The position numbers were made by a program, and so were the translations under genes. Source: a candidate division WOR-3 bacterium (lineage in GTDB: Bacteria > Hydrothermota > Tepidihabitantia > Tepidihabitantales > Tepidihabitantaceae). From it: a stretch of 16,003 nt of DNA. Below, piece after piece: positions 1 through 6,537 of this stretch (position 1 is the stretch's first letter; each line of letters starts with the position of its first letter). The stretch is taken from positions 1 to 16,003 of the forward strand of contig CBFGIY010000057.1 of the NCBI GenBank assembly GCA_965648935.1, read 5' to 3'. The notes under the pieces are model-generated. The model was given only the letters and a program-made list of their open reading frames with translations. It was not told where the DNA came from and did no database searches.

Positions 1-16
1 TCATCGACCGCCGACC

Positions 17-1189
17 TTGACCCCTGCCCGCCCCCTGCGCATCTGCCTCGCGACCGCCAACTACTCCCCCTACATCGGCGGCGTGGCCGAGCACGTCCAC
101 AACCTCGCCGAGGGACTGCGCCGGCGCGGCCACACGGTCAAGGTGCTGACCTCCAACTTCGCGGGCCGGACCCTCAAAGCCCTCGACCGCGTCCCCTGCG
201 AAGAGCACGTTCACCGCATCGGCCGCGGCCTGCTCATCCCGGCCAACAAGTCATTCGCCCGCCTGCCCCTGGCCTGGCGCCCGGTCAGACAGGTGAGCGA
301 CTACTTCCAGCGCGAGCGGTTCGATGTCGTCCACGTCCACGGCTCGCTTGCCCCGACCTTTCCGCTTGCCGCCATCCGCGCCGCCAGAAGCATCCGGGTG
401 ATTACCTTCCACGCCGGCCACGACGCGAGCCTCGGCTACGCGTTCTCGCGCAGTTTCCTCCGACCCTACTTCAACGCGCTGCACGGCATCATCGCGGTAT
501 CGGAGACCGCCCGCGCATCGCACGAGAAGTACTTCCCCGGCCCCTATCGCATCATCCCCAACGGCATCGACCTCGACCTGTTTCGGCCCGGCGCGCCCCG
601 ACCTGAAGGCCTGGAAGATGACCGCCCCCGCATCCTTTTCATGGGCCGCATCGAGCCGCGCAAAGGCCTCAAGTACCTGCTGATGGCGATGCCCGAAATC
701 GTACGCCGAGTGCCCGGTGCCGAACTGGTCGTTGTCGGCACCGGCCTGCTCGGTTACTCCTACCAGCACTATCTTGACCGCGCGGTGCGCGACCGGGTTC
801 GTTGGGTCGGACTTGTTCCCGGCGAGCAGCGGCCCGGTTACCTTTCGGCCAGCCGGGTCTTCTGCTCGCCTGCGGTCGGCAACGAAAGCTTCGGCATCGT
901 TCTGCTCGAGGCGATGGCCACGGCTCGCCCGGTTGTCGCGTCCGACATCGACGGCTACCGCGCCGTGATGACCGATGGCGTCACCGGCCTGATGGTGCCG
1001 CCGTGCAACAGCGCGGCTCTCGCCGAAGCGATAGTCCGCCTGCTCACCGACCCTGCACTTGCCGCACGCATGGGCGCGGCCGGCCGCTCGCGCGCCGCGC
1101 AGTTCGGCTGGCCCGCGATCGCGGCGCGGGTCGAGGCCGTGTACTTCGAGCTGCTCGAACGCTACCCCAACCCCTGCGTCGGCCGATGA
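17..1189 (+). CDS. Glycosyltransferase family 4 (GT-B retaining; PimA-like)
   Basis: N-terminal RICLATANYSPYIGGVAEHV, DVVHVH, IIPNGID, FMGRIEPRKG and the GT4 EX7E motif ESFGIVLLE. TTG start at 17 is tentative because the frame is open to the window edge; TTGA at 17-20 may overlap an upstream gene's stop. Confidence 0.9.
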   Translation: MTPARPLRICLATANYSPYIGGVAEHVHNLAEGLRRRGHTVKVLTSNFAGRTLKALDRVPCEEHVHRIGRGLLIPANKSFARLPLAWRPVRQVSDYFQRERFDVVHVHGSLAPTFPLAAIRAARSIRVITFHAGHDASLGYAFSRSFLRPYFNALHGIIAVSETARASHEKYFPGPYRIIPNGIDLDLFRPGAPRPEGLEDDRPRILFMGRIEPRKGLKYLLMAMPEIVRRVPGAELVVVGTGLLGYSYQHYLDRAVRDRVRWVGLVPGEQRPGYLSASRVFCSPAVGNESFGIVLLEAMATARPVVASDIDGYRAVMTDGVTGLMVPPCNSAALAEAIVRLLTDPALAARMGAAGRSRAAQFGWPAIAARVEAVYFELLERYPNPCVGR

Positions 1190-2550
1190 CCCCGCTGCTG
1201 ACCGACCCCGCCCCCTGCCCTTCACCCGCCGCCTCACGCCCTCCGGCCCTGCGCAACCGGAGCTTCCTCGTCTTCGCCGCCGCCCAGGCCGTATCGCTCT
1301 TCGGCGACAAGCTCGACTACATGGCGCTGCTCGCGATGGTCGCCTGGTTCACCGAGCGCCACGGCTGGAACGGCGCGCGCGTGCTGTCGACCGTGCCGGT
1401 CGTGATGGCCCTGCCTGCAGTCCTGTTCGGCCCGCTCGCCGGCGTGCTTGCCGACCGCTGGGACCGGCGCAAAGTGATGGTGAGCGCCGACATCGGCCGC
1501 GCCCTGCTGGTTGCGGCCGTGCCGCTCGTCGCGCTGGCAACGGGTTCGCTCGGCCTGATCTACGCTGTCGCGTTCATGGTGTTCCTTCTCGGGGTGCTGT
1601 TTCAGGCCGCCCGGATGTCGACCATACCCAACATCGTCGGTGTTGACCGCGTGCTCGGCGCCAACTCGCTGATGAACGTCGCCGGCCGCGTCGCCACGGT
1701 GCTCGGCACGCTCGGCGGCGGAATGATTGTGGACTGGTCGGGCTGGTCCCGCCTCGGCATCAGACCGCCCTGGGCCGCGGGTTACTACATTGACGCGCTG
1801 ACCTACGCCGTTTCGGCCATCGCGCTGCTGGCGATCTACCGCAGCATCGTCCCGCAGGAACGCGCCGCCGGCACCCCATCCCCTGCGCCTCGCCCGGCGG
1901 TCCGCGAGTCCATCGACTCGGCAATCGCGCGCCGCGCGGGTCAGGTCATCACCGACCTGCGCGCGGCGCTCGGCCTGGCCCGGCGCACCCCGACCGTGCT
2001 GTTTGTCTACTGCTCGGCCGCGCTCCTGGTCTTCATCGGCGCCGCCTGGCTGGTGCTCTACGTGCCCATCATCCAGGGCAGGTCCGCGGCCGGCCTCGGC
2101 CTGGGCACGCGTGGCGTCGGGTTCATCGCCGGGTTCGGCGCGGTCGGACTGCTGCTGTCCACGGCAACCTACGGCGTTGTCCGGCGCGTGCCCAAGCACC
2201 GGGTGATGCTCGCAAGCTTCGTTCTCATCGGCCTGGCCGCGGTCGGGCTTGCCTTTGCCCGGCGCTTCGAGCACGCGGCCGCACTGGCGTTCGTTGCCGG
2301 ACTGGGCATCTCGCCGCTCTACATCGGGATGGACACGCTGCTCCACCAGACCGTGCCCGATGCCGCGCGCGGCCGCATCTTCTCGACGCGCGAGTGGCTG
2401 ATGCACCTGCTCTTCGCCTCCTTCGCCCTCTGCATCGGCCAGGCCACGCGCCTCCTGCCCGCCCGCGGTCTGTTGCTTGCGGTCGGAGTGGCGACCGTCG
2501 CGGCGGGAGTGCTCGGTTTCTTCGCGACTCGTAATCGTTCCATCGACTAG
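1186..2550 (+). CDS. MFS transporter (about 12 TM helices)
   Basis: ATGA overlap with the GT4 stop at 1186-1189 gives start MTPLL. MFS motif A GVLADRWDRRKVMV, LRNRSF..AQAVSLFGD, and QTVPDAARGRIFS. The first ~128 aa of ORF 802..2550 are out-of-frame overlap with the GT4 gene. Confidence 0.9.
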   Translation: MTPLLTDPAPCPSPAASRPPALRNRSFLVFAAAQAVSLFGDKLDYMALLAMVAWFTERHGWNGARVLSTVPVVMALPAVLFGPLAGVLADRWDRRKVMVSADIGRALLVAAVPLVALATGSLGLIYAVAFMVFLLGVLFQAARMSTIPNIVGVDRVLGANSLMNVAGRVATVLGTLGGGMIVDWSGWSRLGIRPPWAAGYYIDALTYAVSAIALLAIYRSIVPQERAAGTPSPAPRPAVRESIDSAIARRAGQVITDLRAALGLARRTPTVLFVYCSAALLVFIGAAWLVLYVPIIQGRSAAGLGLGTRGVGFIAGFGAVGLLLSTATYGVVRRVPKHRVMLASFVLIGLAAVGLAFARRFEHAAALAFVAGLGISPLYIGMDTLLHQTVPDAARGRIFSTREWLMHLLFASFALCIGQATRLLPARGLLLAVGVATVAAGVLGFFATRNRSID

Positions 2551-2563
2551 CCGCTGACCGCGC

Positions 2564-2598
2564 CCAGTTGACAACCGGCAGTCGGCAATCGACAATTG
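2564..2598 (+). repeat. Degenerate heptamer tandem array, 5 copies
   Basis: CCAGTTG ACAACCG GCAGTCG GCAATCG ACAATTG. Confidence 0.55.
2568..2596 (+). promoter_or_regulatory. sigma70-type promoter predicting a leaderless aminopeptidase transcript
   Basis: TTGACA(2568-2573)-17 nt-GACAAT(2591-2596)-5 nt-ATG(2602); no Shine-Dalgarno sequence. Confidence 0.6.
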
Positions 2599-2601
2599 CG
2601 G

Positions 2602-3717
2602 ATGCCTGACATTCGCATCGAAAGAATGGCCGAGACCATCGCCCGCCACAGTCTGGCGCTACGCGCAGGCGACTACCTGCTGATCCAGTCCGAACCGGCC
2701 GGCCTGCCCCTGGTCCGTGAGGTCTACCGCCGCGCGGTGGCGGTTGGCGCCAACCCGGTCGTGCGCACCCGCCATCCCGAACTGGAGGAAATCCTCTATC
2801 GCTTTGGCTCCGAAGACCAGCTCGGCTTCATCCCGGAACCCGCCCGCATCGAAACCGACCTCGCGACCGCCCGGCTGGTCATCCGCGCCGAGGACAACCT
2901 GCGCGCGCTCGCCGGCGTGCCGGCCGACCGGCTGGCCCTGGTGCGCCGCGCCCAGCGGCCGCTCTTTGAACGCTCGATGGAACGCAAGGCCCGCGGCGAG
3001 CTGCGCACCTGCATCACCCAGTTCCCGACCGCGGCCGCGGCCCAGGAAGCCGGAATGTCGCTTGCCGACTATGAAGACTTCGTGTTCGCGGCCTGTTTCT
3101 GCGACCGGGACGACCCGATCGCGGCCTGGCGCGAGCTGTCGCGCGGCCAGCAGCGCTACGCGGACGCGCTTGAGCGGGTCAGAACGCTGCGTTTCGTCGC
3201 GCCCGACTGCGAGCTGGAGCTTTCGGTTGCGGGCCGCAAGTGGATCAACTCCGACGGCAAGGCCAACTTCCCCTCGGGCGAGGTATTCAGCGCGCCGGTC
3301 GAGGATTCGGCCAGCGGTCGGATCCGCTTCGACATCCCGTCCAGCCAGTCGGGTCGCCGCGTCACCGGGGTGACGCTCGTATTCGAAGCCGGACGCGTGG
3401 TCAAAGCGACGGCCGAACAGGGCGAGGATGTACTGCTCGCCCAGCTCGAAGCCGACCCGGGCGCGCGGCTTCTGGGTGAGGTCGCGTTCGGCCTGAACTA
3501 CGGCATCTCCCGACCGACCGGCAACATTCTCTTCGACGAAAAGATTGGCGGCACCATCCACCTCGCGCTCGGCGCCGGCTATCCCGAATGCGGCAGCACA
3601 AACAGGTCCGGCATCCACTGGGACCTCATTCGCACGATGAACCCGGGACAGGTCTGGGCCGATGGCCGGCTGGTGTACGAAAACGGCCGTTTCCTGACGG
3701 AGGCTCTGAATGGCTGA
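2602..3717 (+). CDS. Aminopeptidase, M29 family (AmpS/AmpT/PepS-like), copy 1
   Basis: NFPSGEVFSAP, GEVAFGLN, ILFDEKIGGTIHLALGAGY and SGIHWDLI contain the M29 metal ligands and catalytic Tyr. ATG 2602 preferred over TTG 2596, which overlaps the -10 box. Confidence 0.93.
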   Translation: MPDIRIERMAETIARHSLALRAGDYLLIQSEPAGLPLVREVYRRAVAVGANPVVRTRHPELEEILYRFGSEDQLGFIPEPARIETDLATARLVIRAEDNLRALAGVPADRLALVRRAQRPLFERSMERKARGELRTCITQFPTAAAAQEAGMSLADYEDFVFAACFCDRDDPIAAWRELSRGQQRYADALERVRTLRFVAPDCELELSVAGRKWINSDGKANFPSGEVFSAPVEDSASGRIRFDIPSSQSGRRVTGVTLVFEAGRVVKATAEQGEDVLLAQLEADPGARLLGEVAFGLNYGISRPTGNILFDEKIGGTIHLALGAGYPECGSTNRSGIHWDLIRTMNPGQVWADGRLVYENGRFLTEALNG

Positions 3718-4810
3718 CCAGATGATTGAGAAACTCGCCCGCGTTCTCGTCCGCTACAGCATCGGCGCCAGGCGCGGCGACATCGTCCGGCTCGAGGGCA
3801 GCGCGCTCGCCGCCGACCTGCTGCGCGCCGCCTACATCGAGGCTCTGCGCTGCGGCGCCCACCCCTACACCCGCGTGTCCCTGCCCGATTTCCAGTCGGC
3901 CTTCTTCGCCCATGCCGGCGATGCCCAGCTCGACTTCGTCGCGTCCTTCGAGAAAGTTGAGCTCGACCGCATTGACTGCCTGCTGTCGGTCTGGGGCGGC
4001 TACAACAGCCGCGAGCTGACCGGCGCCGACCCCGGACGCATCGCCCGCGCGCGCCGGGCGCGGCGGCCGCTTTTCGACCGGATGCTCAAGCGCATCGCCG
4101 CCGGCTCGCTGCGCTGGTGCGGCACCCAGTTCCCGACCCACTCATCGGCCCAGGACGCTGAGATGTCGCTGGACGAGTACCGCGACTTCGTGTTCCGCGC
4201 GGGCAAGCTCGACGCCCGCGACCCGGTCGCGGAATGGCAAAAGCTCTCGCGCTCTCAGGCCGCGCTGTGCCGCCGCCTCGGCCGGCTCAAGGTCATCCGC
4301 ATCGTCGGGCTCGACACCGACCTCAGCTTCTCGGTTGCGGGCCGCAAGTGGATCAACTGCGACGGCCATGAGAACTTCCCGGACGGCGAGGTGTTCACCG
4401 GCCCGATTGAGGATTCGGCCGAGGGCCGCATCCGTTACACCTTCCCCGCGGTCTACGGCGGTCGCGAGGTGCAGAATGTCCGGCTGGTGTTCAAGAAGGG
4501 CAAGGCAATCGAGGCCCGCGCCGACAAGGGCGAGGACTACCTCAACGCGATGCTCGACTCGGACCCGGGCGCGCGCTACGTCGGAGAGCTGGCGTTCGGC
4601 ACCAACTACGGCATCACGCGGTTCACGCGCAACACGCTCTTTGACGAGAAAATCGGCGGCACGATGCACATCGCCCTCGGTGCGTCCCTGCCCGAGTCGG
4701 GCGGCCGCAACAAGTCCTCGCTGCACTGGGATATGGTCTGCGACACGCGCGCGGGCTTCACGGTCTACGGCGACGGCAAGCCGATAATGAAGGACGGCCG
4801 GTTCGCCTGA
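3710..4810 (+). CDS. Aminopeptidase, M29 family, copy 2
   Basis: NFPDGEVFTGP, GELAFGTN, TLFDEKIGGTMHIALGASL, SLHWDMV; 8-nt overlap ATGGCTGA with copy 1. Confidence 0.93.
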   Translation: MADQMIEKLARVLVRYSIGARRGDIVRLEGSALAADLLRAAYIEALRCGAHPYTRVSLPDFQSAFFAHAGDAQLDFVASFEKVELDRIDCLLSVWGGYNSRELTGADPGRIARARRARRPLFDRMLKRIAAGSLRWCGTQFPTHSSAQDAEMSLDEYRDFVFRAGKLDARDPVAEWQKLSRSQAALCRRLGRLKVIRIVGLDTDLSFSVAGRKWINCDGHENFPDGEVFTGPIEDSAEGRIRYTFPAVYGGREVQNVRLVFKKGKAIEARADKGEDYLNAMLDSDPGARYVGELAFGTNYGITRFTRNTLFDEKIGGTMHIALGASLPESGGRNKSSLHWDMVCDTRAGFTVYGDGKPIMKDGRFA

Positions 4811-4851
4811 CCTGCCGCCTTCTGTCTGTTTCGGGTCTTCGCCCTCTCGGC

Positions 4852-5850
4852 CTACTTCGCCGGCTTGTACCCGGCCGGGACCTCGAAACGCGCAGGCGGC
4901 AGCGCCTCGACTTTCACCGACTTCAGCTCGCTGTAGGACGAGAAAAGCAGGTCGGCGTTGGGATTCGGACGCTTGGGCGCGACCGCGCCGGCGATCTTGC
5001 GCGACAGCATACCGCTCAGCCCGCCCGATGCCGGCTCAGGCTCGGGTTCACTTTTCGCCGACGAGTCGCCCTTCACCCGCCACTGCGTCTCGGTGACAAT
5101 CGGGTAGCCCGAAACCTTGGCCAGCTCGGCGCTGACCTCTGCCAGCTTCTGAGCGGTCTGGCGGCTGTCCAGTCCGTAAGTGCCGGTGAGCAGTGCCGCA
5201 CCCATGTCCTGCATCTGCTCGGTCGACACCTCAACGCCCATCTTCTTGTAGAGCTTGCGGTTGAACTCGGCCTCGGCCGCCTGCGCGGCCTTGAGCGCGT
5301 CGGTCAGCGGCGTGTTCCACGACCGCGTGGTCATGGTCTGTTCGAGCTCCTCTTTCTTCGCCGTGTCTTCAAGCACCAGGGTCCAGGTCAGCAGGTATTC
5401 AGTGCAGGCGAAGCCGTTGATTGTCTTCTCGGCACCGGTCTTCTCGACCTTCACCTCTGAGCGCTTCACGCGCCACGCCTGCTTCCCGGGCTCGCCGCTG
5501 GCCTCGGCCCGAGCGTTCAAGCCGGCGATCTCGCTGTCCGCCGGGAAGCTTATCGGCCGCACCGTGTATGTCTTTGCCTTGTGGTCGATGTTCCAGATTG
5601 AGTCCCGGTCCAGCCGGGTTATCTCGCCGGACCGGTTCGCGCCGCCCCCGACCAGGCCCAGGATGCCGCCGACGATCTTTGATTCGGTCTCGACCGCGCG
5701 CTTGTCAGCCTGCTGCCCGATGCGCTCGGTCGCCTCAAGCGTGCCCAGCCCGGCAAGCAGGGTGGTACGGGAAAACCGCTCGACCGACACGTCACCGAAA
5801 GCGGTCGCGGTCGCCAGCAGAACTGCAACTGCTGTGATAGCCTGTCGCAT
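4852..5850 (-). CDS. Secreted hypothetical protein, DUF4412-like
   Basis: Signal peptide MRQAITAVAVLLATATAFG; KVEKTGAEKTINGFACTEY and C-terminal LPPARFEVPAGYK resemble DUF4412-type proteins; strong SD GAGGAGG 5 nt upstream of ATG. Confidence 0.8.
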   Translation of the reverse strand: MRQAITAVAVLLATATAFGDVSVERFSRTTLLAGLGTLEATERIGQQADKRAVETESKIVGGILGLVGGGANRSGEITRLDRDSIWNIDHKAKTYTVRPISFPADSEIAGLNARAEASGEPGKQAWRVKRSEVKVEKTGAEKTINGFACTEYLLTWTLVLEDTAKKEELEQTMTTRSWNTPLTDALKAAQAAEAEFNRKLYKKMGVEVSTEQMQDMGAALLTGTYGLDSRQTAQKLAEVSAELAKVSGYPIVTETQWRVKGDSSAKSEPEPEPASGGLSGMLSRKIAGAVAPKRPNPNADLLFSSYSELKSVKVEALPPARFEVPAGYKPAK

Positions 5851-5885
5851 TGTGTCCTCCTCTTCGGGGTTCAGGAAGCTGTCCG

Positions 5886-5914
5886 AGTATAGGTTCCTGC
5901 GGTCGACCGGTCAA
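5886..5914 (-). promoter_or_regulatory. sigma70-type promoter for the DUF4412-like gene
   Basis: Minus strand TTGACC(5914-5909)-17 nt-TATACT(5891-5886). Confidence 0.75.
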
Positions 5915-6046
5915 GCGCCCGGCTGCCGCAAAAAGCGGCGGCTGATGCTAATCTCACGGCACTTGAAACCTCCTCCCGCCACACCTCATCGCGCAACAGG
6001 CTGAATTCAGAGAACTTACTGCTGGCACCCCGCGACCGCCTGCGGC

Positions 6047-6062
6047 TGGCACGCAATGTGCA
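6047..6062 (+). promoter_or_regulatory. sigma54 (RpoN) -24/-12 promoter
   Basis: TGGCACGCAATGTGCA versus consensus TGGCACG-N4-TTGCW, one mismatch. GG(6048-6049) and GC(6060-6061) are exactly 10 nt apart. Predicted TSS ~6072-6073. Confidence 0.75.
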
Positions 6063-6071
6063 TAAAGAGGG

Positions 6072-6537
6072 ATTGGTGTCGGCAAATGGTGATTGACGGC
6101 ACCAACGCGACATTTCACAGCATGCACAACTTGGAGGTTACTGGGTTACTACCGGTAGCTATGGAAAGACTTGGCGGGGGGTACTGGGTTGAGTGGGGCC
6201 TCGCTTACCTTCACCGGAAAGTGGGTTTGGGAGGAGGCAATTATGGGGCCTGTTGTATTGGGACCACGACCCTTGGGGAAGGGATCGGAGATAGGGAGGT
6301 GGTTACGCGCGGGGATGCCGGGGCTTGAAGCGGCCAGGCTGGACGACGCGCCGCCCGGGGAAAAGAGAGTTTCCCGAACCCGCCACTTGCGAGCGGGTAC
6401 GAGAAGGCGGCATCGTCACCATCTGAACCTGCTGCACCTGCCGATGTCGGTCATCGGTTAACCTCGAGTCCGCCGGCCGCAGGCGCCGCTCTCCGCAACT
6501 TGGTCGGCCGCACCCAACGGTGCGGCCGGCCTCTTTT
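6072..6537 (+). ncRNA. Candidate sigma54-dependent structured ncRNA (~465 nt), family unknown
   Basis: Bounded by the sigma54 promoter and an intrinsic terminator. 5' hairpin TTGGTGTCG(6073-6081)/CGGCACCAA(6097-6105) starts at the predicted TSS. Nested helices at 6198-6238, 6263-6303 and 6308-6496. No ORF here has the genome's codon bias. Confidence 0.6.

Noticed and set aside
6021..6039. Second TGGCAC as another sigma54 promoter
   Set aside because: No GC at the required 10-nt distance from the GG.
6093..6122. TTGACG as a sigma70 -35 box
   Set aside because: No acceptable -10 box at 16-18 nt, and it lies in the 5' hairpin of the candidate RNA.
6056..6328. 90-aa Gly-rich ORF on the + strand
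   Set aside because: Starts inside the sigma54 promoter, downstream ATGs lack a well-spaced SD, codon usage is atypical, and Gly richness follows from the G skew.
6311..6480. tmRNA, 6S, SRP or RNase P assignment for the structured region (GGGGATG start resembles tmRNA)
   Set aside because: No TTCGA T-loop with CCA acceptor end, no SRP GGAA/AGCAG core, no RNase P GAGGAAAGTC, and the fold is branched rather than a 6S-like rod. Judged by eye only; an Rfam scan is still needed.
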